In this document: piece by piece, positions 1-13,281 of the stretch
How the letters are laid out: every line of letters begins with the position of its first letter
Numbering within the stretch: position 1 is the stretch's first letter
From: Dudresnaya verticillata
Taxonomy: Eukaryota
Reading direction: 5' to 3'
Assembly: GCA_977862235.1 (NCBI GenBank)
Contig: OZ374562.1
Location: forward strand, 2,790,001-2,854,000
DNA length: 64,000 nucleotides
Made by a program: the position numbers and the translations under genes
The notes under the pieces: model-generated
What the model was told of the DNA's origin: nothing
The model's database searches: none
Seen by the model: the letters and a program-made list of their open reading frames with translations, nothing else

Positions 1-1355
1 GTGCTGGTCACAATGGAGTGCACTTTGTGCATGCCCGTAGACAATGAGTTGAGGGCCGTTCAACCAGGGGCGAGTCTATCACAACCTGTCCGGGAAAGCG
101 TTATGGTCGTTGTCATGGCAACAGCACTTCTGCATATGGGTATACAAATCCATGCCCTACGCCCCGCCCCATTCTAGGGATGCTGAGTGCGGATTCCTTG
201 CTTCTACGATACACGCAGCCACTCTTCCATGCCTTGTTTCATTCGCGCTGCAATGTTTCCTCACTAGGGAGTCTCTTCAGAATGCGCAAGGTATTTGCTT
301 GAGTAAAACACTACAAGTAAGTCACGCTGTGAATTGGCAGAAGGACGCAGGAGCCCTGTGACTATACCGTAGTGGCGGTTATAGAATCGTCAAAGAAATG
401 GGTTGTCGCGAACGTGATACAAAAAGCTAACGCCAACAACTCAGCCATCTACAAGGCGCCAGCTGACGCGAGCTTAGGCGCTGCTTTTTTGTCGGGCTGC
501 GATATGCGGAGTGGCCGCTCTTGCGAGCTGGAAGAGGGCTATAGAATGTCGCAAGTCGTGCGGAAAGGGAACAGCTTGAAACCGGGCAAGCGCCATCTTC
601 ATGATCGCCCATTGAGGCGCGCGAGGGAGGAGCCAACCTAGTCAGGTCGGTTTCACTACTCGAAGAAAATTCTTCGCAACTCTCTCGTGCGCGTATACTC
701 CCGAGACGTGCGCCACCACATTCGAACTTGTCGGGAAAAATAAAAGACTGGCAGTCCTCTTTCGCAAGAAAAGGAAGGAATACGAAAAAGGGACTCACGC
801 CAAGCAAATTGTAACATCACACACGAGAACCAGTTTCCTCAATAACACCCGCACCTTTCCAGCGGTATCCGAGTGTGGCCATACGCACGGGACAAAAAGG
901 ATGAACGAGGCCAAACTCGAGCGCGGGTAGGCATACCGTGCGCAGTCACGTGAGAAAGGGCTGGACAACTGAACAATGAACCTAAGCGGACACTTTTTCG
1001 GTTGCGTCCGCTGCGGGTGAGAAGGGTTGTTGAAAAGATTCCGCGACGGACCCAAAGGCTTGGCGGTTTTAAGATGCGAAAAGAGATTTAGAAGGTTTGC
1101 CTTGTCCCCTTTTGGGTTGATGACTTGAAACTTGCGAGAGGGAGAATTTGAACGTGAACTAAAAGAACGTGCGCACATGAACAACATTAGCTGACATTCC
1201 GGTAGAGCGCTTTGTTCTGCCGCTGTTTGCTTCATGAAAAGGCCTCGGTGTTGTGAGATAGAAACTACGAACGGCCTCAAGCAACCCAGAGATCCCTGCG
1301 CCGGAAGACGACGAAGAAGTGGAAACCCGTACTTTCACAAGTCTTGAGACAAACG

Positions 1356-2312
1356 ATGGTGCAACGCTCTGAGCTCAAGGCGGCGGCCGCGGTCACCGCA
1401 ATGCTAGTAGTCTTCATCTCTGTTCTGCTCGACGTGGCCGCAGGCCAGTCATCAGGGGGCTGTGTGTTCAATACGACGCACTGCACGTGCAACACGGCAA
1501 TCCCGAACACGGGGCTGTGCACGCGTTACAGCCTTGGGACCGCTTTGTCAGCAACATGCCTGGTGGACAACTGCAAGGCGATGTCCGCCGGGTGCTCGTG
1601 CGATGGTAACGCGTTATGCTCTGTGAACAAGTGTGATTCGTGGCAGGCGGACGACCCGAGCTCTCTGGCGCTGGGCAACCTGGTGCCGTGCAAGTTTGTG
1701 GACAAGGCAGTTACGGGAGCCGCGACGTGCGTGACGCCGCCGACGCCGAAGGCGGCCGGGGAGACGTGCGAAACTGGGGTTGACCTTTGCACGACAGGGT
1801 ACGTGTGCGGGTGCGGCGGGGTGTGTCGCAAGGAGGTGAGCTGGGACGTGTCGATGGCTGGTGATGACTCTGTTGAGGTTTACGTGTGCGGAAGGCTGCT
1901 GGGGTCGACGCCAGGGCTGAGCCTGTCCGGGAAGTACTCATACTCCGGCGGGTGCGATGATGTGATGGTGCGGGTGAACAACTTTGGAGGGGAGATCGGG
2001 GCGTATGTGCTCGTGGAGGACACAATGTCTGGGCAGGAGTACGGGACGCTTGCGTCGGGCGGCACTGCGATTCGCGCGGACGCGATTGGGATTGCTTCGC
2101 CGGCGAGTGGGTGGTTCAATAACCCGATTGGGTTTGACTACTCCGGGTGGAGCCCTGTGATTGAGCAGACCAGCTTTGCTGGGGTGGTGCCGTCGCTGTT
2201 TGCAAACTTTGCGGCGATGGAGGCGAAGGGGCTCAAGCCGATGACGACGGCGATTGGGTACCAGTCGGCGGGCGAATTTGGGTTTAAGCTGGACATGTTG
2301 TCGTATTGCTAA
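1356..2312 (+). CDS. Secreted cysteine-rich protein with a possible C-terminal lectin/jelly-roll-like domain
   Basis: ATG at 1356; N-terminal hydrophobic signal peptide (AAAAVTAMLVVFISVLLDVAAG); Cys-rich N-terminal half; 'MAGDDSVEVYVCGRLLG' resembles beta-sandwich carbohydrate-binding motifs; GC3-rich codons. Confidence 0.8.
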   Translation: MVQRSELKAAAAVTAMLVVFISVLLDVAAGQSSGGCVFNTTHCTCNTAIPNTGLCTRYSLGTALSATCLVDNCKAMSAGCSCDGNALCSVNKCDSWQADDPSSLALGNLVPCKFVDKAVTGAATCVTPPTPKAAGETCETGVDLCTTGYVCGCGGVCRKEVSWDVSMAGDDSVEVYVCGRLLGSTPGLSLSGKYSYSGGCDDVMVRVNNFGGEIGAYVLVEDTMSGQEYGTLASGGTAIRADAIGIASPASGWFNNPIGFDYSGWSPVIEQTSFAGVVPSLFANFAAMEAKGLKPMTTAIGYQSAGEFGFKLDMLSYC

Positions 2313-2966
2313 GTTTGTAAAGACTTGAAGGACAGGTGCTGCTGACTGTTGCTTGCGCAACGTTAGTTTAGCACTCTGCTCCGGTTGCATTTTGTGTTGT
2401 GTGAAGGAAACCGTGAAGGGGCGCGAGACGAGTGGCGCGTTGCCGAAGGTATCGCATGGCGGTACGTAGCGAAGTTACGAGAGAGCGCCAACTCATTCCG
2501 CGCGCGGCGCGTGGACCAATTAGTATCATCGCAGCGTCGATCGCTCCTTCCAGCCGCGCGCGCCGTGAAGGTAACGGCACGTACCGTATTGGGTACCGCT
2601 GACGCGCGCCCCGCACTTTCTTTCTGCACACGCTGCGAAGACGCGCCCACCACGCCTCCAGCACTACCACCACCCAGTCGGCGCCTTCCGCGCGTCTCCC
2701 AGTCCGCCGTGTCGCCCGCCGCACCCTCGTCGTCACATATGTCCAGCCGCCCTCCCTTTGCTACCCTCTGCCTCCCCCGACCCCGCCGGTCTGGCGACGC
2801 CGAGCACGCCACTCGCCCGCCGAGCCCCATATAGGCCATGCCCTGCCCGCCGTCGTCGTGCCGCACACACCAGACCATCGCCGCTCTCCTTCCCCCCAAC
2901 CAACCAACCAACCGCCGCTCTACAACGCACGCACAGCCCTTCCGCATCCCACGCCCTTCCCCAACA

Positions 2967-3482
2967 ATGGCCAAAGACACCCCAACAACCCCAACCCCCT
3001 CCTCCAACCCTCCGTCACCAAACACCACCACCACCACCACCACCACACCCGCCGCACGCCCCTTGTGCGAGACCCCCGGCTGCGCCTTGCACGTCTCGGA
3101 GGGCACTTTCCGCAAGTGCATACAGTGTCGCCACAGAAGCCACATCCCGCAAGAAGCCTACCTGCCGCCCATGCAAATTCAATCGCTCGAGTTTCCAGCA
3201 GGCCGCGCCATTCCCTGCAACGAAGACGACTGCAACACAATCGGCGGCATCCACACCCAACCAAAAAGCAACACTCGCAAGAAGAAGACGAAGAACCGCT
3301 GCCATATGTGTGGGAAGAAAATCGGGCTTCTCTCCATCCCGTGCCGCTGTGGCTTCTCTTTCTGCACCGCCCATCGCCACTGCGAGCTTCATGCCTGCTC
3401 CTTTGATCATAAGGCCGAAGCCCGTCGCACTTTGCAAAAGGAAAATCCTCGCGTTGTTGCCGACAAGATTCATAGGATCTAG
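2967..3482 (+). CDS. A20/AN1 zinc-finger stress-associated protein (SAP-like)
   Basis: MAKDTP start at 2967; A20-like CETPGCALHVSEGTFRKCIQC; AN1 finger CHMCGKKIGLLSIPCRCGFSFCTAHRHCELHACSFDHK followed by ENPRVVADKI. Confidence 0.88.
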   Translation: MAKDTPTTPTPSSNPPSPNTTTTTTTTPAARPLCETPGCALHVSEGTFRKCIQCRHRSHIPQEAYLPPMQIQSLEFPAGRAIPCNEDDCNTIGGIHTQPKSNTRKKKTKNRCHMCGKKIGLLSIPCRCGFSFCTAHRHCELHACSFDHKAEARRTLQKENPRVVADKIHRI

Positions 3483-5139
3483 ATCTCATGTCACGGCGTG
3501 CTGTAGTCCACGGGGAATCTGCGTGTCTACGTCAATGACCCTTATGTCGCGTACCACTAGACTTTCTACTCCGCGAAGGTGATGACTCACTGTACTTTTG
3601 TAAAACATGAATACGGTCCACTTAGTCTCGTCCCCTCATCCTTTACCCGCTATTCCCTGATCTTCCTCACTATTCATTTTAGGGACGAGCAGTAATTGCA
3701 CGTGTTATGATTTTTACCCCACGCCTCAAAAGCTTCCATCCAAAAGCATTTTAGTTTAAAAACTTGAGAAAAATGTACTATGTTCTGTTCTCACTTATGG
3801 GCATTTTCCAACATCTTTTTAGGCAAAGTCTCTTTCTCTTTCTATTTTCTCTCTCTCATACAAATGGTCTGAATTCCTCCAGCGGATACTAGTAAAATAC
3901 TCAAAAACTCGCTCTCTCGCTGTGACTTTATCCTTTTAAGCGAAAAACAATTCCTCCCATTTCAAGCTCTTGGAAGGCCTGTCTTGCACTTGACGTTGTC
4001 ATTGAATGTGAAAAAGAATTCTTCACCATTTCAACTTCTCGGTAAACTCCGATCCAGGATTGTAATAAAGTCAGATGCACTTCAATTTATTTGATAAAAA
4101 GTGAGGATTCATTTGATAAAGTAGAAAAACTAAATATTGACGTGTTGTCAAATATTAGAGTGTTTTGGATCAAGTCTTTTAGTAGTTGTCCAGTGTCTCG
4201 TCGTCTGTTCTTTAGGGAAAAGCTTTGAGCACTTTAGTAGAAGGAGTAGCAGTAGAAGTATAGCAAACAACTAGACTGAGACCGAACATTTGTCATACAA
4301 GCATCAATACAACAGATGCAACAGGATGAATATGTACCAATACAAAGGATACGACAATACAGTAATAAAAGACTACATCCGACATGTACCATAGCATCAC
4401 TTACGCTGTCAAATATACAATTTTCTTTGCTTCGTGGAGTTGGAAACTATTTGGTAAGCACTTGTTCGCAACCGTTTTCTTCATATGCCACTACGCTACT
4501 TGGACTGCTGTTGCTATGTCGATCTCTTGATACGTTTTTGGCGCCAGAGCTCTGCTCTCCCAGTCCTCTGTAACACCTCCTTCCTAATGAGGGGTCCCAT
4601 TTGCAAGTTGCCATAGATCTGAATGCAATTTACAGGCTGTTTCGGAGCTCTACTCAAGGATTTTGTACCTAAATGCAGGCCGAGATTGATACGTAAGACT
4701 AACAACATCCTGCCTTTTGGCAATCGAACGATTTGGTTTGAAGGTTGAATCAAGAACTTTTTGGGTCCAACGAATGGGTATATAAGCCACTTGACTGCCA
4801 CCTCAGTCGGTTCATTCACTCATCATCTTTCCATCTATGATCACAACGGAGGTTGAAGCCTAGCTCCGGACATCCTGTAAGCTATCAAAAATTTCCCGTC
4901 CTGCTTTTACCCTTCTTGGTGATAACACCGCTTGTGGCTTCATCCATCACACCTATAGAAGCCACGCACTGTAACCAAGTCTGAATGCTATCTTCATAGG
5001 AATTATCGTTCGAAAGTGCTGGAGAAGGCAAGGGAAGTGGTGATAAAGCTTACTAAATAAAGCTTAGAGTACACTTGCCTAGACGTCAAGGCCCTGTTGA
5101 CAACCCACTACGTATCTAAAACTGGATCTAACCATCTAT

Positions 5140-6500
5140 TGGGGGGTTGTCGGAGGATGTGGTATGTTGGAGGCCATTGCGACGGATTTTTCAATTGCGT
5201 GGTTTACGCGAACAAAGGGAGTGGGAGTTAGGATTCGATAAGCCAGCAGGCTCAAGATGGTTCGTAGGCGGCGGAAAAGGCGGCGGCTGCGGGCGGAAGC
5301 GCGTTGGTGTGTAGAGAGGGGCCGGCCGTCTGCCGGCAAGCATGCTGGCCCAGTCTGCAATTTAAGCGCAGTGAAGTTGGAGTGGCTTTTATGGGGAGAG
5401 GGTCGCACTCCGCAGGCCAGAAAGTCCAGAGACCTTGGCGGCGTGGAGCCTGATAACGCATGTCAGGACACTTCCGTAGTAGTGGAATAGGAGAGTTGTC
5501 GGGGCCGGTGCACTAGGGATTTTGGAGCTGTCCACGTCGATAGTGGGCATCTGGGATTCTAATAAGTGCTTGCAGCTTTCTGAGCCTGTTCGGGGCATGT
5601 AGTGCGTCTGCTGACCCATTGCGATCCGGAGGAAGAGCAGCCTGAATGCTGTCCATGCTTGAAACGAGTTCGGACGTGAGTGGGGTTAACGTCAGCACGT
5701 ATTCGAGAATGGACCGACAAACGTGCGGGAAATGAAGCGAGCGGCACTGAGCGGTATTCGGGGAGTGATGTGTCCGGTGCGGGCGAGCATTCTATCAGTG
5801 TGTAGTGTCATTTTGTGGTCTGAATCCGATTGAGCGTAGATTGGAGACCAATTCCATCGTGGGTTAGCCCGGTGCCGAGGTAGTGTGCGCTTAGGACCGC
5901 CTCGATGTCTGTTACGGAAATGCGGACCCGCGAGGAAGATGGGCGAAGACGGTGTCGCGTTGGGAGGAGAATGTGACATTTTGTCGCCGACCATGCCATG
6001 CAACTGCGTTGGGCCCAGTCGTCGCATATTTCCAATGCCTTCCTTAACTATTTTGGGGAGTTGAGATGTAGAAGGCAATCGTCCGCCACAAGCCGACCGG
6101 GGAGGCGGGCTGATGGACGTTGCAGCTTAGCACACAGTTCTGGGGCTAGCGGCTCTATATTTATGTTAAACAGGTCAGAGCTTAGGGGAGAGCCTTGTGT
6201 GACACCTCTGTGAACTGCTCCAGTATGTCGAGAGCTGTCGTCCACTTTTCGTACAGCGAGGGGGACCACGAGTATCCACGATCGTACGAGTTAAGTGTTC
6301 AGGTAGCGTCTCCTCGCAAATTTTAAGGAGTTCGAGACGGTCAAATCTGTCGCTCTCTTGAGGTCTATAATAGCAATACAGTCATCCGTGCACTTCATGA
6401 AGTGATGGGATAGGACAACGGCCATTTCCGTGCGGCTAAGAAAGTGTGTTCTCGGTACCCATGCGTCTGCAGTAATTTGTGGGTTCAAGGAGAGTGTGGC
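5140..6500 (-). mobile_element. Degenerate non-LTR (LINE) retrotransposon RT fragment
   Basis: Broken minus-strand ORFs give RT motifs in the expected order: IIDLKRA, GVTQGSPLSSDLFNI, LVADDCLL, ATKCH, HYLG; several frameshifts; ends are approximate. Confidence 0.72.
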
Positions 6501-8332
6501 CACTGCACCTTTAAACTAGAGTGCGCAACGAAAGCCACCAAGGCGTAAATAAATATTAAACACTTCCTCTAAGAGGAAGTGTTTCGGAGGAGGAGGTGTG
6601 AAATTCCCCAAAGGTGCGCTCTGCACGAAGGATGGAGATTGCTTTCAAGGAAATGCTGGGGAAATCCGCACAGATGTACAGATGGGACCGTTGGGTCTCT
6701 AATCTAATGCTTCAAGGTTGAATGCGAAGATTGCGAGAGTAGCTTCGAATGCAGTACCAATAAGTACTGGAACAAGAATTGTGCATTCGAAAATAACCAG
6801 CATTTCATCGGGAAATGCTTCCCACCTGCCCCATATTAGATTTTACAGTCTCCTGAGACCCTCATGGGCATTTATTAGACTTCACTTGTGTTCCACATAG
6901 CTTAATTATGTCTGTTGTATTCAGTGTTAGAATCGTGAAGGGGCTCAGCTTGGCTTCCAACCTCCCGCGTATCGATTAAATACTGTGCCGGTGACCTTAA
7001 GGAAAAGGAGGGCAACAAAGATAAAAAACCTCAACGGAAGCAGGCGTGTATTGGTTAACTAGTACATCTTGTGTTTCTCTTAAGAGATTAGTCTTGGAAC
7101 GGGACTCAATTATGGTCACGGTATGTAATGCAAAAATATAGCAATCGTAACCGGCACGCACTAGCGGACGAGGGAATTTAATAAATGCTTGGAAGTAGTG
7201 CGGCACTTAAAATTGTCAGCATATGAACAGGGAAAGTTATTTCTTCACTTCTATTGTCTGATACAAACTACAGTCCGTTGGGTATCCGTAACTAGGCGCG
7301 GTGACACAGCGCAAATGTATCATCATCATCGCAGATTTATTGATACGTTTAGCTGGTGTAACCATGCTGACCATGACCGTCCTCTTGAGTTTTAAGTTCT
7401 CTTACAGTTCCATTCCATGGCAGGCGCCAAAGCAGGCGCACTTTTGACGATACCAGTTTTCCCTAGGGATTTCTTCCATGTCGCTGTTCTCTACGCACGC
7501 GCACGAGCATGAAAGGATCATCACTGAGCAACAACATCTCTGACCAAGATTGCTAAATGGGGGCGGGGGTGATTATTAGCCCTGATATTATTCCTGCCGT
7601 GCATTGCACAAGGATTGCGTCGTGAGACACGGCGACGGATGTCTTCTGCATCGCGGTTAATTAAAGAGAAGAGAAAGACAAGCAGTGTTGGTTTTGGAAA
7701 AGCTTGGGCCCGCCTCCAGCATGGAGCTTTGCCCAAAATTGAACATGCTCCGCGACCATGTTATTTCCCAGTAGATATCGTGTCATCTTTCGACGTTACA
7801 GAAACGCGTAACAATAGGAACAGGGTCTTGTATAGTGGGTATGATGAGGCTTTCAAACTGCAGCGGAGGAAACAAACAGAATTTGCTTTGCCTTTGAAGC
7901 GAAGATGCTACTCTCACAATGCGCGTCTGCGCAGCGTACTGCTGGTGTTGGAATGCCCTGGAAGGAAGTATCATTCAGCAACGGACCTGCCGCAACGGAT
8001 AATGAGCTTTCCTAGAACGAAGCTTTATAGATAGCCCCACCGCTTTGTTACATCCAGCGTGTCGCAGTTGGACATTCGTTTTTTTCGAGTAAAATGGAGG
8101 GGGCTGTAGAAAAACGACCTGCATGCAGAGGAAGGAGGAACCTTGATGTTTTGAATCCTCCCAGTAAATATTGTGGCTGTACTGGGATATTTCGCTCTTT
8201 CGCATTCAACCATAACAGCAGGCCGGACATAACAAGAGAGTGACGCTACACTCCGCGAATGCAGTCCGAAACAAAGGCCACTTCATAGAAGGTTCAGTCA
8301 GCTCCCTTCGGGAATTGATGGATAGATAATAC

Positions 8333-8941
8333 TGTTACACATAGCGCTCGCACTGTTTGGGAGTACTCCCTAGAATGGGATCCCAACGCGCACACGCGAC
8401 GCTGCAGGTGAATTCCCTAGAATGGGAGCCTGCTGGGGAACGCACTGCTGAACAATGGCAAACCCCACGGCCGATCATGGCTATCGCGCACAGACCTGGT
8501 GAACCTGCACAAGGCAGAACTGCCGATCTCACAATGCGAATTTGCGTCCCTTCGGACAAGCCTCTACATCTTATTGGCTAACGCTCAGGGTCCCCTGACA
8601 ACAGGGTTCAGACCTGAACGACTTTCCGTCCGTCCCCGACCCACTGTGGGACGGCGGGTGTGAACACATCCACCTGTTCAGGTCTATCTGACTTGGAGCG
8701 GATCCCGAGAGCATGCGGGCCACAAATACTGTGGGTCGCTTTGAGCCGTCCGGCTGTAGAAATAATAAGGCAGCACGCTGGCGTCGAACGACGACGACGA
8801 GGGACATGACACCACTCCTCATCCACGCCGTGACTTTGCCCTCCACTTTGCCAACCCCAACTTTCTCTCTACCAACCTTTTACTTTTCCTTTTCGCGTTC
8901 GCGATCTACTGCTTCGAAGGCAAAAGCAGTTAAGCGTCACA
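8333..8941 (+). mobile_element. Solo LTR of Gypsy element A family
   Basis: TGTTACAC...GCGTCACA, near-identical to the LTRs at 37147 and 42670; flanked by 4-bp TSD ATAC (8329-8332 and 8942-8945). Confidence 0.95.
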
Positions 8942-11656
8942 ATACTTGCCCTACCTCAACTGCGGAAATTGCATGAGCTGGTGGAAGAAAGCCGAGTCGT
9001 TTGAACTTCGTGTCCTGATGTACTCACATGAATAATGAATGTTGAGACGCTGAGGGCAGCAATCCGAATGGATGTCTCAAAGAGAATATTTGCATCTCTA
9101 CAGTATTGGCTCTTCCACAGGTTGTTTACATCCAGATGACATCAACTTCCATAAGTAACCCCCACAGGTGCCAATAGAGCTGACGTCGCGCCGACACTAG
9201 GCATGCAGATGGAAGGCGCGGTACAAGACAGCTTCCGTGCCCGTCTTATCAGGACAGTGTGAGTCCTTTGGCACCGATAGAGCATGGAACAGAGCAGATT
9301 TCTCTTATATTCTGCTCTCCCACTGGTTAGATTATTCAACGTCATGCCCCACTACCACAATTAGATGTATTCATGCAAAGGCATGGAAGAAACGAGAAGT
9401 TGGAAGTGGATGCATCCCACGCGATGCTAGCAAACAGGACCCAGACCCTACTGCACCTTGGGGCATTATTCAACTTCGCTGCGTTATTGCAGGCACACGA
9501 CCGGCGCCGTACACTCCTGTGGTGAATATTTTTAGTGACAGTGGTGCATGGAGAGACGCGTAGTCTAAAATCCCCAAGAGAGCGAAAGCAGTTGACTTGC
9601 CAGCGCTGCACCGGTGGAAGCGGTTGACAAGTTGTCAATGCCATCACATGAAGCGAGCCGTCGTGTCAACGCATGATGCCCCGCGAGCACGTCTTCATCT
9701 AATGAATGTCGCAGCACCCGCCCTCCTGGGCAGACGGACAAGCAACGTAGCAGCACACACCAGCAAGAATTGCTGGCACTCTACTTGCTGCGATACTTTG
9801 TGTAGCGGTGTAGAGGTAGTAGTACCACTGCTGAGAGGATCCCGTACGGTGCACATCCTCGCGAACGAGGCCCATGGAAAGTTACAGTAGTGTGGGGACT
9901 CACTGGGGCCACCTCAACTGCCGATTCAGCAGCGCCGCAGTTGGCACTGGCTGTTGTACATAGTCGGTCGACAGGTCTGGCGGCGGTCATCTGTCGGGTC
10001 CTTCGGACGGCGTCCGTACACGTCGCGTCGTCACGTCGCAAGTCGGCACGGCCAAATGTGTTGAAACTGTTCAGAAACCGATTGCTTTTTTGTTGCTTGC
10101 GTCGTGCGTGACTCTTGACGACTTGTCTCAAGGGGCTTCCCTGTCATATCCCGTGTGTTCGGTGTAGGACGGACAACAATACTGTGCTATCTAACCTCTC
10201 GCCTTCCAAGAAGGATTCAGGCAATACAGTGCTTAGCCATGCCTTGATTCCGAAACCACTCATCCTGATCTATGGAATACCAAAACCTCCGTGGTCTACC
10301 GTAGCAGCGCCTGCTGGCGCCGACCCAGGTGAGCAATGGGTACTAGCGTGCTGCGCCAGCACTGCCGGCTTGCAAGGCTTGGCAGCAAGTTTGGAGACAA
10401 TTCCTCGTCACGCTGTGCTCTGTTCGATAGAAGCCTTACTATGAACGGTTGATGGCATCGACAGTAGAAATAGATCATCCGTGCTCACCGCCACGGTCAG
10501 CTCCACTAGCATCCTCCTCCCATTGAGTCTTTGCGAGGTTAACTACAACGATCATATTGATAATAATTTGATAAGAATAGGAAAAAGCGAAGGTGCTTGG
10601 GTAACGCCCCCTTGAACCGTCATCACAACCGCACAGCCAGCAAACTTGTGCGCACAATAAGAGCAATTTCTACTCACCGATCTTCATAGTCAACTAACAT
10701 GTCGTGGAAAGATAGGAAACCTCTTCTCCCTCGCTCACGTTTTCGGCCTTGAAACTTTTAATTTTCACTGATGTCGACTTCTCCATAGATATGTCTGTTG
10801 CCTCTCTGCGAAGAGTCAAAGGAAACAGTTCGCTGGTCAAGTCCACTGATAAGTTCTTCTCGTCTTGTCTTTGATTTCCAGCAATTGTGCAGAAACGACG
10901 TAGGCAAAAACATAAATCGGAAACATGTTCTACCGAATAGCGAAGAGGGAAGCAATTCTCCACGAAGAATCATTGCTACTCTAAAGGCTGTCAGTGGGAT
11001 TGAAAACGAAAACAATATATTCTAACGATTACACTCTATCTGCAGAAATTTACGACTATTTTGCACCTGAAAACGCACAGCAGTACACAAGAGGCAAACT
11101 ATGTGTACAGCTTTAGACTTTTTTCTTCGTGATGGTAGAAATAGTTGACGGAAAGTCCCTGCGACTACAGCGGTGCACCGTATGCGATCAAGTACATTCT
11201 GGTTAGTAGGTCAGATATTTTGTTGCTTTTCGTTGTCAGTCTGCATTGTAATTTTTGGGACGTTGAGAAAGGCATCTTACTTGACGTGACATGTAGAAGC
11301 TTCGCTTCCGTGAGTCCGCAACGGACAAGGATACATGTCAATTCATCATTTCATTTTCAAATGTTGTATCATCCAGTATTCTAGGCTTCCCAAGAAGAAA
11401 AGCATGGTTTAAGGTGCCTACTTTTTCATCCGCGAGTGAAACATTTCATATCTGAGATACCTTATATTTATCATTCCTTCCAACATGTAGTGTCCTGCCA
11501 ATCTAGCTCTGTGCCCAGTTGTAGCGCATCGCATACTAGACGTTAAGGGACTGGGAAGGAGACGGAGCAGTTTTCCAAACATTGCTGCCGTTCGAGAAAT
11601 TATAACGACGTGCGCTCACCATAGCTATAACTTGCCAAATCTGAAGTTCAGAACTC

Positions 11657-11664
11657 TATATAAA
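11657..11664 (+). promoter_or_regulatory. Putative TATA box
   Basis: TATATAAA about 100 bp upstream of ATG 11757. Confidence 0.5.
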
Positions 11665-11756
11665 CAAAGCTCGGCGTCTCCACTCTTCATCGGAAGATCA
11701 AACCACAATCGATATCCTCCAATTCGAATAGTCAGAAGCTCAAAGTACCAAAGGTC

Positions 11757-12539
11757 ATGAATTCTTCAACTCGCCCTACTCGTTGGCTCTTCGTCGCAAC
11801 AGTTTTCGCCTTGCCCCTACTGGTTGCCGCAACGACCTCCCGTGGTTTACACCACCTCAAGGAGGAGTGTGACCACTGCAGTGCGCACCACGAATGTCAG
11901 CAGGGCAAATGCTGGGGCCGCCCCAAGAAGTGTACGGATGGGAGTCTGGTCTCTCTGCTCCGTTGCGGATTCAAAGACGAATGTGAACATTGCACGAAGA
12001 AGTTCGAATGTGCCACGAAGCTCTGTGAGGGGGGTAAGTGCGTGGTCAAGGGCGGATATTCCGACTGCGGTGGAAACAAGGCTGACTGCGAGGAATGCAA
12101 GGAGGACTCTGAGTGTGCTAGCGGGAAGTGCTGGGGAAAGCCTAAGAAATGCACAGACGGAACTTTCGAGTCGTTGAAGATGTGTTTCAAGGGAGAATGC
12201 GAGATATGCTCGTCTTCATTTGAGTGCGCTACGAAGAAGTGCTGGAACAAGAAGTGTGTGTTCAACACTGATGAGTCAAGGGAGAAATGCTTCCCTAGCA
12301 AGAAAATGGAGTGTGAGCCATGCATGGATGCAGATGAGTGCGAACAGAGCAAGTGCTGGGGAAAGCCAAAGAAGTGTACGGATGGGTCTCTGGCCAGCCG
12401 GAAGAGGTGTTTCCTCGGAGAGTGCGAGCCATGCACGCATTCGCTCGAATGCGCTTCTAAGAAATGTTGGAAGAAGAAGTGCGTCTTCAAGGGCAAGGCT
12501 TCAAAGGTCAAGTGTTTCCCGCACTTGTTCCATCACTAG
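11757..12539 (+). CDS. Secreted Cys/Lys-rich tandem-repeat protein (260 aa)
   Basis: Signal peptide WLFVATVFALPLLVAA; six modules of about 37 aa, ECxxCxxxxECxxxKCW(G)xxKKC. Confidence 0.88.
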   Translation: MNSSTRPTRWLFVATVFALPLLVAATTSRGLHHLKEECDHCSAHHECQQGKCWGRPKKCTDGSLVSLLRCGFKDECEHCTKKFECATKLCEGGKCVVKGGYSDCGGNKADCEECKEDSECASGKCWGKPKKCTDGTFESLKMCFKGECEICSSSFECATKKCWNKKCVFNTDESREKCFPSKKMECEPCMDADECEQSKCWGKPKKCTDGSLASRKRCFLGECEPCTHSLECASKKCWKKKCVFKGKASKVKCFPHLFHH

Positions 12540-13023
12540 GTCTTGCGGCTGCGCACATTGGTAGGTATCAAAAATAGATTGTTAGTCACGTGAGTTGGAA
12601 GAATAGTTCCCAAGCAGCTCCTGCCTATACAAAATTGATGATAGATTAAAAAGGAATCTTTAGATGACTTGGGGATCCCCAATTTATCGATAGAAGATGA
12701 GGTCTGTTATTGTTTGCAACATGGGTCCAGGAACTGCATCTAACCCATAAATATCTGAATTCTCAAGGAAACATGGGTTCTGCTCGGGAATCCCTGGCAC
12801 GTAGTATACGTCTGTGTGTTTCATAGAAGGGATTTTCATTAGGAACTACCTTTGCTCAAGATAGTGTTGTCACGGGTCGCAATATCACTTTCTCGTCAAC
12901 CATTGTACACATGATAGGTTAGAGAATCAGTATCTTTACGTTATTTATTCTTTGATTGAATTACCGAGGGAGAGAGAGACGTTTATGAAAGAACAAGAGA
13001 GAAGCCCCTACAATGAATTCTCG

Positions 13024-13281
13024 CATCACTGTGATAATCGTCGGCATATGAATGACCCCAACAACGCACAATAGTTACGAGAAGAAGAACCGCTGCCACA
13101 TACGTGGGAAGAAATCTGCCTGCTCGCATTCCCGTGCCGCTGGGGCTTCTCCTTCTGTACCGTTATCAACCGTCCCACTGAGAGCTCCATGCCTGCTCCT
13201 CTGATCATAAGGCCGACGACTCGTCGCACCTTGCAAAAATAAAATCCTCGTGTTGTTGCCGACAGGATCCGCTGGATCTAG
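13024..13281 (+). pseudogene. Truncated AN1 zinc-finger pseudogene (copy of the 3' half of 2967-3482)
   Basis: Nucleotide similarity to 3230-3482 (aagaagaaccgctgcca...aatcctcgtgttgttgccgaca...gatctag); indels; premature TAA at 13240. Confidence 0.8.

Noticed and set aside
6500..10500. Possible decayed transposon sequence around the solo LTR
   Set aside because: No terminal repeats, TSD or transposase motifs could be established by eye
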